From the NCBI GenBank assembly GCA_963796275.1, contig CAWCKY010000002.1:160001-224000 (forward strand): a DNA stretch of 64,000 nucleotides. The letters are read 5' to 3'. The position numbers and the translations under genes are program-made. Under the pieces are notes generated by a model. The model did not search any database and had not been told where the DNA came from. It was given only the letters and a program-made list of their open reading frames with translations. Below are positions 1 to 9,172 of this stretch, piece after piece. The stretch is from an uncultured Acidobacteriota bacterium. Its GTDB lineage: Bacteria; Acidobacteriota; Blastocatellia; RBC074. The first letter of the stretch is position 1; every line of letters begins with the position of its first letter.

Positions 1-96
1 CGCATAGTGAATTCCTCATCAGCGAAATAGCCAACCTCATTCTTGCAACTCGCTGTAATTCATCAATTTATCCGGTTCGCTTGTTCGGATCTGGTG

Positions 97-112
97 TGGC
101 AAGGCAATTGCG
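97..112 (+). promoter_or_regulatory. Candidate sigma-54 (-24/-12) promoter upstream of FecR-domain gene
   Basis: TGGCAAGGCAATTGCG has GG(98-99)-N10-GC(110-111), about 85 nt before the ATG at 198. Confidence 0.5.
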
Positions 113-197
113 ATTATTCATTGCGTGAGGTCGGATCCGCAGTGCCATCAATTAGACAGGCATGCACGATACACGATCGGCCTCGCGAGGAGGAGTT

Positions 198-1313
198 ATG
201 AAAGAACATATGTTGAGATTTTGGACGCTGAGTCTCATAGGTTTGTTAGTACTTTGGATAACCTTTATTCCTGTCAACGCCCAATCAGCGGGCGGAGCCA
301 ATCCGGGGCGGCCAGGCAGTATCAATTACATTGAGGGCCAGGTCTCGATCGGAACACAGTCTGTAGACCCAAAGTCGATTGGCTCAGCCGCGCTTGAGGC
401 GGAGCAATCGATCATGACTGAACAGGGCAAAGCGGAGATACTGCTGACACCCGGCGCGTTCTTGAGACTCGGAGACAACACATCAGTGGAGATGATTTCA
501 CCTAACCTGACGAACATCCAGGTGGAGGTGCAGAGGGGGCACGCGATAGTTGAAGTCACTGATGTTTATCAGGAGAACAATCTTCGCGTTGATTTAAATG
601 GCGCGACTGCCCTGCTACTGAAGACGGGCTTGTACGATTTCGACGCGGATCGTAATCTGGTTCGTGTAATTGAGGGCAAGACCGAAGTGCAGGAAAACGG
701 TGGGCAAATCGAGGTGAAGGAGGGACGTGAGCTCTATCTCAATGCCAGCGGCTCGCTGAAAGCGGAGAAGTTCGACAAGAAAAAGTATCAGGACGATTTA
801 TATAGCTGGAGCAGTCTGCGGGCCGAGTATCTGGCGAGAGCCAACGCCGATGCGGCGCAGGTATATGCCGGCGGCGGAGGCGGATGGATAGGCGCTGGCT
901 GGTACTGGAATCCCTGGTACGATGCATATACATTCATTCCGGGATCTGGATTCCTTTACAGCCCGTTCGGCTTTGGATTCTATTCACCGGGGGTTGTGTT
1001 TCTATCTCCGTTTATCGGATTCGGCCACTTTCACCATAACTTTGTCGGCCTTCGAGGCCGTGGCTTTGTAGCAGGCGGATTTCATGGTCACGGATTTCAC
1101 AGTCACGGATTCCATGGCGGATTCCACGGTGACGGATTCCATGGCGGTGGCTTCCACAGTGGCGGATTCCATGGCGGTGGATTCCACAGTGGCGGATTCC
1201 ATGGCGGTGGATTCCACAGTGGCGGATTCCATGGCGGTGGCTTCCACGGCGGCGGATTCCATAGTGGCGGTTTGGGGGGTGTTGGGTTTCACGGTGGCGG
1301 GCGAGGCCGCTAA
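198..1313 (+). CDS. Secreted FecR-domain protein with Gly/His/Phe low-complexity C-terminal tail
   Basis: AGGAGG RBS precedes ATG 198. The protein has an N-terminal signal peptide (VNA/Q), a FecR-like beta region (GKAEILLTPGAFLRLGDNT), a W/Y/P-rich segment and 14 GFH units. Confidence 0.75.
   Translation: MKEHMLRFWTLSLIGLLVLWITFIPVNAQSAGGANPGRPGSINYIEGQVSIGTQSVDPKSIGSAALEAEQSIMTEQGKAEILLTPGAFLRLGDNTSVEMISPNLTNIQVEVQRGHAIVEVTDVYQENNLRVDLNGATALLLKTGLYDFDADRNLVRVIEGKTEVQENGGQIEVKEGRELYLNASGSLKAEKFDKKKYQDDLYSWSSLRAEYLARANADAAQVYAGGGGGWIGAGWYWNPWYDAYTFIPGSGFLYSPFGFGFYSPGVVFLSPFIGFGHFHHNFVGLRGRGFVAGGFHGHGFHSHGFHGGFHGDGFHGGGFHSGGFHGGGFHSGGFHGGGFHSGGFHGGGFHGGGFHSGGLGGVGFHGGGRGR
1074..1296 (+). repeat. 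Coding tandem repeat (15-nt unit, GGFH[G/S])
   Basis: Repeated ggcggattccatggc / ggtggattccacagt units. Confidence 0.9.
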
Positions 1314-1342
1314 CGAGTGGTCTTCTCATGAAGAGGAAGAGG

Positions 1343-1371
1343 AACGGCGGGCACGTTCGCGTCCCGCCGTT
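1343..1371 (+). terminator. GC-rich hairpin, probable terminator
   Basis: AACGGCGGG...CCCGCCGTT stem followed by an A/T-rich run, 30 nt after the stop codon. Confidence 0.5.
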
Positions 1372-1731
1372 ATTCATTTCACCTCACAGCTATCGAAATA
1401 CTCATTTCTACTTCGAACCCTCCTCTTCCCCCATGCAAGTATGACGGGTTTGAATTAGGCCAAGCTGAGTGTGGTAACAAACCTGGAGAACCTTGTTTCC
1501 GTTGAGGTAAATGCATCGATGAGTCGTTCAACGGCTATCACTCTCTGAACTGGACCATCAACTGTTACGCCGATCTTACCAATAGGACTTCCCTCTATAT
1601 TCTCATAGTACTTCCCTTTATATCATCTCTAAATTTCCTGGTTCCATAGCACCTCTCCATGCGTCTCGCTCTGCTTTAATAAGTATTTCCTTTTACATAT
1701 ACCGGGCGCCGAAGGGCAAAGCTCGACCTCT

Positions 1732-1812
1732 TACATCACGATGCTCCATGCGCGGACAGCGATAGACGAAAGATACATCAAGATGCCATAGATGCGGACA
1801 AACGATAGATGC
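1732..1812. repeat. Imperfect direct repeat, 42-bp period, upstream of PQQ dehydrogenase
   Basis: tacatcacgatgc..gcggacagcgatagacg versus tacatcaagatgc..gcggacaaacgatagatg. Confidence 0.5.
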
Positions 1813-1914
1813 TAAGCAAAAGGATCATCTTCCTGGTGACAATTTGATGCGAATGTTCAGCGCTTTGCCAAACGGTTCCATTCAATGTCGATGCGTAACA
1901 TCCACAAATCATCA

Positions 1915-1930
1915 CGGCACTCGGCTTGCG
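1915..1930 (+). promoter_or_regulatory. Candidate sigma-54 promoter
   Basis: CGGCACTCGGCTTGCG has GG-N10-GC, about 100 nt upstream of ATG 2033. Confidence 0.4.
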
Positions 1931-2032
1931 GTCGGGAATGAATGGCTACATTTGCAATAGCCATATCGCCTATAGGTGCGAATCAATTCAGCAAGAATTA
2001 CGTATCAAATGAGATTGGAGGGTTAAAAGAGT

Positions 2033-3718
2033 ATGCGAGTACTATATCTCGGAGTAGCAGTTTTGCTTTGTATTGGACTCGCGATGGCAGCATTCGACAA
2101 TGACAGTGGCGACCAAACATCGAACGGTCCCGCAGGTTGGCGAATTGCCGGACGCGATCCGGACAACTCCAGAAATCAGCCGTCGGAGCGGCATATAAGT
2201 GCTGCGAATGTGCATCAACTCGTCGCCAAGTGGGTGTTTACGACTGGAAGCGATGTATCAGCCACTCCAACGGTCGCCGGAAACACAGTCTATTTTCCGG
2301 ATTGGGCTGGAAACTTATACGCGGTTCGGGCCGACAATGGAGACCTCCTCTGGTCGCGGAAGATATCCGACTACAACGGCAGGGCGGGAAGCATGTCGCG
2401 TGTCAGTCCGGCGATTTTCGAGGACTTGTTGATTATCGGCGACCACACAGGAGTAGGATGGCTCTCCGATGACGCGCCACTAGTTGGACATAACGGCGCG
2501 CATGTAATCGCCGTCGACCGCCACAGCGGTGAGTTACGCTGGATTACAAAAGTCGAATCGCATCCATCCGCGCTCATCACAGGATCGCCGGTCTTCTATG
2601 GGACCACAGTCTATGTGGGCGTCTCATCGGAGGAGGAGACGCTCGCCGTGAATCCCGCATATCCGTGTTGCACGTTTCGCGGGAGCATGGTGGCGCTGGA
2701 CATCTTCACCGGAGCGATGTTGTGGAAGACCTACACAGTGCCAGATAACGAAGGTCGGACGGATCGCTACAGCGGCAATGCGATATGGTCGCCGCCCGCA
2801 ATCGATCCCAGCCGTGGATCTCTATACATCGGCATTGGAAACAACTACACCGTACCGGATGATGTCCTGCAGTGTCAGGAGGAGGCGATCGAGACCGGCA
2901 ATCCAAACCCAAACTGTTCCGTGCCGGATAACTACTTCGACACTGTATGGGCGCTGGATTTGACGACTGGCGCGATCAAATGGGCGCGCAGGTTATCAGG
3001 CTTCGACGTCTGGACGGTGGCCTGTGTCTCATTGCCACCCGGCGTGAACTGCCCTTCGCCTCACGGATCCGACTTCGATTTCCCCGGCTCAGGCCCGAAC
3101 CTGCTGCACGTGCGCGACAATGGGCAACACGGACGCGATCGGCAGGCCGGGCATGCGGGAGAACACGATAGAGATCTCGTCGGCATAGGACAAAAGAGCG
3201 GGATGTACTGGGCGCTCAATCCCGACAACGGCGAGGTCGTCTGGAGCACCGTAGTCGGCCCCGGCGGCACCACCGGAGGCATTCAATGGGGTACGGCGAC
3301 TGATGGGACCCGCATCTACGTGGCGATTACAAACAGTCAGCACATGACCTACACGCTCGCGAACAATGGTCCCACGATCGACTGGGGCTCGTGGGCAGCT
3401 CTCGATCCACGGACTGGCAGAATTCTGTGGCAGGTCCCAGATCCGACGCCGGGCGCAATCGACCCCGGCGCGGTGAGCGTCGCAAATGGTGTCTTATATG
3501 CTGGGTCATACTCCGGAGCGATGTACGCGCTCGACGCGCGGACTGGAAATCTCCTTTTCACCTTCGACAGTGGCGGCTCGGTAATCGATGCTCCGTCAAT
3601 TGTGAATGGAACCGTGTATTGGGGCTCCGGATACCGAAACATTGCGCCTGGTATCGGCAACAATAAAGTGTATGCCTTCACCCTTCCGAAGGCCGGAACG
3701 TCAGTTGATTCCAAATAG
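2033..3718 (+). CDS. PQQ-binding beta-propeller dehydrogenase, polyvinyl-alcohol dehydrogenase-like
   Basis: Signal peptide, repeated Trp-docking motifs (ALD..TG...W), YVGVSS.EE, YPCCTFRGS, and a GGAGG RBS. Confidence 0.8.
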   Translation: MRVLYLGVAVLLCIGLAMAAFDNDSGDQTSNGPAGWRIAGRDPDNSRNQPSERHISAANVHQLVAKWVFTTGSDVSATPTVAGNTVYFPDWAGNLYAVRADNGDLLWSRKISDYNGRAGSMSRVSPAIFEDLLIIGDHTGVGWLSDDAPLVGHNGAHVIAVDRHSGELRWITKVESHPSALITGSPVFYGTTVYVGVSSEEETLAVNPAYPCCTFRGSMVALDIFTGAMLWKTYTVPDNEGRTDRYSGNAIWSPPAIDPSRGSLYIGIGNNYTVPDDVLQCQEEAIETGNPNPNCSVPDNYFDTVWALDLTTGAIKWARRLSGFDVWTVACVSLPPGVNCPSPHGSDFDFPGSGPNLLHVRDNGQHGRDRQAGHAGEHDRDLVGIGQKSGMYWALNPDNGEVVWSTVVGPGGTTGGIQWGTATDGTRIYVAITNSQHMTYTLANNGPTIDWGSWAALDPRTGRILWQVPDPTPGAIDPGAVSVANGVLYAGSYSGAMYALDARTGNLLFTFDSGGSVIDAPSIVNGTVYWGSGYRNIAPGIGNNKVYAFTLPKAGTSVDSK

Positions 3719-3768
3719 AGTAAGAACAATTCAAGGTCTTTATTGAAGCAGCCCCGGGTTGGAAATAA

Positions 3769-3873
3769 AACCACGGGGAATACTGGAACACAGGAGAATG
3801 AGGGAAATTCTTTGTCCGATGCTTCTCCGCTCTTTTCACGACCGTTTCCGTGTTCCCCGTGTTCCTCGTGGTT
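3769..3873. repeat. Inverted repeat built of 9-bp units (CACGGGGAA / TTCCCCGTG)
   Basis: aaccacggggaatactggaacacaggagaa ... tttccgtgttccccgtgttcctcgtggtt. Confidence 0.65.
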
Positions 3874-3874
3874 G

Positions 3875-4398
3875 ACCATTCAACTGATCAATGTTCCGGT
3901 ACCAGTTCAATGGGCCGCGGAAGCCGCTCTGCTCGAACTGTGCGACGTAATAATCAAGGTCTTCTTCGCTAAGCCAAGCGGGCAGACGCTCCGGATCGAT
4001 CATCCCATCGAGCGGTTTCGCTGTAGAAGGTTTGCGGACAAACCACGCCCCTTCGGGAGCATCGCTGGAAGCCGCGAAATAGATCGTTCGCAATGATTTC
4101 ATCGTGTCAGCTCCTAGTTCGTCCTCTGCCACACCTGGTTGCTGGAAGTAGACCATGTACAAGAGATTGTCACCGAGGTTTTTCTGCCTTGTGAAGGTTC
4201 CAACCCGCCCGCGTATATACGGGACGCTCATGCCGGCGAGCGCGCGCACTTGCTCTATATGCAAAAGCGTCGTGTGCCAGGCGATCGGCGCGCCCCAATC
4301 ATGACCCACAACGATGAACTACTCGTGGCCCAATGCCCGGGAGAGCCCGACGACGTTGCCGGTCAGCTCAATGATGTTGTAGCTTTCGACCGAGGATT
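3875..4398 (-). pseudogene. Epoxide hydrolase (alpha/beta hydrolase) internal fragment
   Basis: GHDWGAPIAW nucleophile motif and GFRGPLNWYRNID are present. There is an in-frame TAG near 4320, and both termini are missing. Confidence 0.75.
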
Positions 4399-4497
4399 CT
4401 CGGTCTTGAAACCGAGAGCGCTGCCACCCTTCGCGGTAATTTCCTTGACGAGGGCATCGATCCGATCCTTCCGTCTCGCTCCGAGCACGACTGGCGC
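4399..4497 (-). pseudogene. Short-chain dehydrogenase/reductase fragment
   Basis: Manual translation APVVLGARRKDRIDALVKEITAKGGSALGFKTE resembles an SDR beta2-alpha segment. Confidence 0.55.
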
Positions 4498-4617
4498 GGG
4501 CTCAGCCCAAAAAGGACTAGTTTAAAAGATTTCGACTCCGGGTTTTACTATAGCTTGTTGTCGCTTGTCTTCACCGACGACGGCAGTCGAGTCATCTCCT
4601 TGTCTCCTTGTTTTTTT

Positions 4618-5738
4618 TCAAATCGGTTGCGCCATCACATCCAGCATCTTTCTGATCAACCCCGGTCGGTCGGCATCGGGGGTCGAGTGCATCTCCCATT
4701 CGCCGAGTTGGAGCGAACCTTCGACAATGAATTTGCAGCGCTCGTAGCGGCGCCGCATAAATTGTCGAGCAAGTCCGCCAGCGGCTCATCGCGCGGGAGC
4801 AATTCGCCCAGCACCACGCCGTCTTCAACGGCTTGCGCGGCCCCCTGCCCCAGATGCGGCGTGGTTGAATGTGCGGCGTCGCCGATCAACAGCACGCGGC
4901 CCCGGTACCAGGGCGCGGGCATGAGCAGGGTTTTGAGTGGACGATAGATGACTAAAGACGAATCCGTGATTTGATCTCGCAAATCGGCCATGATTCCGGT
5001 GCAGGGGGCGAGGCGTTCCCGAAAAATCTCCGCGAGCCGATCCGAGGGATGACTTGGGTTACCGGGTTCGGCCTGCACCAGCAGCACATAGCCCGTATCC
5101 CGCGAGAGCGGGATGAAGCCGCAGGTGCCGCCTTCCAGCCCCGCACACAAAAAGGCGTAATCGATCACCTCCGGACGCCGCACGTTGTAACGCCACACCC
5201 CCTGACCGGTGAATCGGGGCTGAGGCTGATCGCCGAAGATTGTGCCGCGGACCTCGGAGTACAGGCCATCCGCGCCGATCACCAGATCGTATTCGCCGAT
5301 GACTCCGTCAGTGAAGGCCACCATCACGTTCTTCTCGTTCTGCCGGATTTCAGCGAAGGTGACGCCGATCCTGACCTTCGTTCCGGCCCCAATCGCCGCT
5401 TCCGAAAGGATCCGGTGCAGGGCCGGACGCGCCAAACCGAGATCGGTCGGATACTGCGGCCCCGCCATCGGGATGCCCGGAATCTCCGCCACCGTTTGCC
5501 CGTCCAACGTTTTAATTTTCAAGCCGGAATACGGGAAGCCAGCGGCGACGACTTGATCCGCAATGCCGAGCGCCGCCATGGCGCGGATGAAATTGCCTTG
5601 CACGACGATGCCGACGTGATAGACCTTCCATTCGGCCTTGATTTCGACGAGGTCCACGCTGATTCCCGCCCGACGCAGCGCAATAGCAGTGGACAAGCCT
5701 CCGATACCGCCGCCGACGATAAGAACTTTTTTGACCAT
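4618..5738 (-). CDS. FAD-dependent aromatic monooxygenase (UbiH/salicylate-hydroxylase-like), frameshifted near 4760
   Basis: GGGIGG, DG (GADGLYS) and GD (IGDAAH...GQGA) motifs are present. A natural-looking C-terminus FMRRRYERCKFIVEGS...MAQPI* continues in another frame to 4618. Confidence 0.8.
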
Positions 5739-5754
5739 GGCATTTCACCTTTTG

Positions 5755-5865
5755 TGGCCACCAGATCATGGTTGCCGAAGCGGCACTTCCATTCGCGCGG
5801 CACCCAGTTTTCATCCGGATAATTGCTGTTGGTGCCGTACTCGGCCTCGGCCCGGCCGGTCCCAA
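5755..5865 (-). pseudogene. Possible C-terminal remnant of a VOC/extradiol dioxygenase
   Basis: Manual translation AEAEYGTNSNYPDENWVPREWKCRFG lies directly upstream of the monooxygenase. Confidence 0.35.
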
Positions 5866-6858
5866 GAATAATCGATCTTGACTGAATCCAGAGTTTCAGC
5901 CATCCATTATGTTCGATTCTACTTTGAAATCGGCTGTATCCGTAACTGAGTTAGCTTATCAATGAGGACAAATATTTCTCATCTCATCGACAACATTAGG
6001 CCTTGAAGACGGGTTCCACAGCTAATTGGATATGTCGTGAATTTGGCAGTTGAGCAAACTCATCAACAACTTAAAGACGGTTTCCTCACATCTAATTCGA
6101 CCTGATTTCAAAGCTGAAGTGACACGTGTCTATTGGCGAAAACCTATCATTTGTCATCGATCAATTGCGTTATCACCACGGGTGGTGCTCCAATAGAGAT
6201 GTTGCGTCGATATATTGAGGAACAAGCTGTACCAGAGGATTAATGGCGGGCGAAGCGCCCTCGATACAAAATTCATCTCCAGCCAAGCTCGCAAAGATGC
6301 ACGCTACGGATGGAGTATTCTTTCGCGAACTTCAGATAAAAAAGCGAGAAATCAGGATACTTTAAGGAGTTTGGAGAAACATAACCATGCAATCAGTTCT
6401 CATTCGATTCTGCAAGATTTGAGCGTCGTATCAGCCAAGAGCCGCCCGTGTGGCGGAATTACTCAGGCGTGAGTTAGGAGTACAACCGGAATTAATCGAA
6501 GGCGACCGCGGTGAGTTCAGCGTCTGGGTAGGCAATCAGATAGTAGCCAAAAAGAGGTGGCTGAGATTTCCATCGGACAAGAAGGTACTTACAGCGGTGC
6601 GGCAATCCATCGCGGGTTAGACTCGTCAGCGTCAGTACTATCTAAATATCGGAGAATTGTACGATCAGTTTCCTGAAACCCGTGGTATACAAGACCTGGA
6701 GAGTTGGGAGCAAGATCATTCATTAATAATAGAGTGATAAGGATCGCTCCCTGAACCTTGGAGATGTGTGTAGGCTGCTCAGCAACTCAAAATACCATCA
6801 AGGTACACAGAAAACCTAACACACCGACAACACGTTTAAGCTATTTGGAGGACGGCTT

Positions 6859-7308
6859 ATGGCAATACCTACTAGCGAAATTGCTGTTGCAGATAGGTTG
6901 GCCATTGAAAAGAACGCTAAAAGCGTGCTGGACCGAGTTTGTTCAGGTGCAGCCCTTGATCCGCATTATCGTTATGACAGCCCAAACTTTGTCGATCACG
7001 TCAACGATTTGCAGTTTTATGGGCTCGAAGCAAATCCGGGAAAATTTATACGAGCGTTGTGCTTCGCCAAAACCCCATCCGGCTTGTATTTCAATAACTT
7101 TCGTCAAGCTGTGATGAAGTCCACCAATATTTCTCGATCACTGCCCCCAACTCCGGCGGCTGCTCTACTTTCGGCTCAGGTGCATCCTTGGCGAGCGATA
7201 AATCTTCGTATACTGCCGAGAGAGCCGACTGAGAAGTCGATTGATTTCTTCATTTTCGGAATTGTGGGGAGGGACAACTACCGGGTGCATATATCAAGAT
7301 TCTGGTAA
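6859..7308 (+). pseudogene. Possible SnoaL/ester-cyclase-like N-terminal fragment
   Basis: GGAGG RBS and SPNFVDHVN motif are present; the sequence degenerates after about 58 aa. Confidence 0.3.
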
Positions 7309-7376
7309 AATGTAAAAGGAAGGCTGGTTTCGACTAGCTCCGCTTGAGGACACGTTTCCACTAAGGAGGGAACACA

Positions 7377-7706
7377 ATGACCTTTCTACTATGGTTGCTC
7401 TTTACTGCGCTGGCAGTCGGCATTCCGCCGGGCCTCATCGCGCGACAGCTCACCAAAGGCCGAGGCCAGCGCGTGGAGATTCCCGGAAAAGCAGTAACCT
7501 GGGGCGTAGGCTCCTTTTTGCTGGTATACCTCGCCGTCACAGTACCTTGGCTGGTAATAAGCTGGACTGGTATCATCGACGCGCCCTGGCTGATTACAGG
7601 GCTTATTCTGGGCACCCCGGCTTCAGCCTGGGCCAGTAAGAAATGGTACCGCTCTTTTAAAGACGGTAACCTGATGGGAAGTGTAAGCAATAGATATCTT
7701 CCGTAA
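7377..7706 (+). CDS. Small membrane protein, about 3 TM helices
   Basis: AAGGAGG RBS and three hydrophobic segments. Confidence 0.55.
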   Translation: MTFLLWLLFTALAVGIPPGLIARQLTKGRGQRVEIPGKAVTWGVGSFLLVYLAVTVPWLVISWTGIIDAPWLITGLILGTPASAWASKKWYRSFKDGNLMGSVSNRYLP

Positions 7707-8034
7707 TCACAACGCCCCAGTTCGCACGATGCAAAATGCCTCGTAACGACTGCCACCAAAAATACAATATACTTCCCGACTTTCCCGATCATCGGCGCCC
7801 TCCTCCTCTTCGACCACAGGAAGTACGCCCGGCAAGCGGCCCTCGAATCAGAGCACGCGCATCTCATTTGGGAACCCATCGTTGCCCCGAATACGACGTC
7901 ATCGAGCTGCGCCAATTGCTCGAGCAAAATGGCAAATGCTTGCCCCGGATCCAAGTCGCACTATTTTTAGAAGTAAAGATTTTGTATATCTTGCATGTGA
8001 TTGATGTAGTGCGCGGCGCTCACAGTTGAATGCC

Positions 8035-8997
8035 ATGAACGAGGAACTCAACTCTGTCTGTAACTTCGCCACGGGGCTGCGATTCGAGCCTTACGGCATT
8101 GACCATCTGGTGGATGCCATTGGCCATCACCGCCTGCCGCTGGACCCGGAGTTTCCTTTCACCATCAAAGCCTTCTTCTACGAATCCTTCTCGCCCGGCG
8201 AACGGCTGACCTGGCACAACCGGCTGGAACTTTTCTGTCCCGTCAGCGGCTCCGGCAGCTTTCAGATGGGCGAGCGAGTCATTGACTTCAAGAACGGCGA
8301 TCTGCTGGTGGTGGACAATTTGAAGCTGCACGGCGCGCGCAGTTTTGCAGGCCCACGGAGCCAGGCGGCGGTCATCTACTTCCGGGGGGAATTGTTTTAT
8401 AATCTCGGCTCGGCTGTTTGCGATTACGCTTATCTGACGCCGTTCTACGGCCTGTCCGAAACGATTTCTCCGGTGCTACGCGCCGCTGATCCTGCAGCAG
8501 CGGCAGTCCACGAGGCCTTAGGCAAAATGATCCGCTGTTATTTCGAGGCTCCCGCCGACCAGTATTCGCGTATCGGCTGCAAAGCCTATCTGTCGGAAAT
8601 CCTCTACCTGTTGTCGAAGCATTTCGGCGCGTCGGATCTGGCGCGGGCTGAATACGTGCGCCGCCGTGAACAGGCGCGGCGGCTGGGTGCGCTGGTGGAA
8701 TACCTGAACACCAACTATGCTGAAAAGATTGCCGTCCCGCAGGCTGCGGCAATGGTCGGCATGAGCCAATCCACATTCAACCGCTTTTTCAAGCAAGCCG
8801 CCGGAATGACCTTCGTGGATTACCTGACGCATTTGCGCGTGACCAAAGCTCGCCAGATGTTACGCGACCAGAGCCTGAGCATCGCCGAAATTTCCAACCT
8901 GGTGGGCTACACCGATCAGAGCTATTTCGATAAACGCTTCAAGGAACATTTCGGTAAATCGCCGCGCGAATGCCGGGAAATGACAAAATCGTCGTAG
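8035..8997 (+). CDS. AraC-family transcriptional regulator with cupin sensor domain
   Basis: C-terminal AraC signature (SIAEISNLVGYTDQSYFDKRFKEHFGKSP) and an N-terminal cupin (WHNRLEL). Confidence 0.9.
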   Translation: MNEELNSVCNFATGLRFEPYGIDHLVDAIGHHRLPLDPEFPFTIKAFFYESFSPGERLTWHNRLELFCPVSGSGSFQMGERVIDFKNGDLLVVDNLKLHGARSFAGPRSQAAVIYFRGELFYNLGSAVCDYAYLTPFYGLSETISPVLRAADPAAAAVHEALGKMIRCYFEAPADQYSRIGCKAYLSEILYLLSKHFGASDLARAEYVRRREQARRLGALVEYLNTNYAEKIAVPQAAAMVGMSQSTFNRFFKQAAGMTFVDYLTHLRVTKARQMLRDQSLSIAEISNLVGYTDQSYFDKRFKEHFGKSPRECREMTKSS

Positions 8998-9172
8998 AAA
9001 AAAGCAAAATCTTTCTAGCCGCGATTGCCTCTCGCCCTCAATACTCGGCCTCATCAAAAATGCGCAGCGAATTCGCAAGCGTCAGCTGGCGCGCATAAAT
9101 TCCGCATGCGCATCTCTCGAACTGTCAGCGGCAGTTGCGGCTGAACCAAGCAAACCTGAATAGGAGATAACC

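Noticed and set aside
1074-1296. Repeat array considered as CRISPR
   Set aside because: It has no unique spacers, is in-frame coding, and has no cas genes nearby.
1002-1458. Repetitive ORFs (MESAT..., GIRH..., VADSM...) overlapping the FecR tail
   Set aside because: They are alternative frames of the same coding tandem repeat.
1455-1647. Possible small frameshifted minus-strand gene (MEPGNLEMI / KGKYYENIEGSPIG...) with RBS-like sequence
   Set aside because: It is too short and matches no family I recognise.
4971-5822. 283-aa plus-strand ORF
   Set aside because: It is the antisense shadow of the FAD monooxygenase.
5985-6100. Degenerate direct repeat (cttRaagacggKttcc...ctaatt) in an AT-rich spacer
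   Set aside because: There are only two weak copies and no function can be supported.
7361-8029. ORFs 7361-7954(-) and 7736-8029(+)
   Set aside because: They have no recognisable motifs, and the first overlaps a better-supported small gene.
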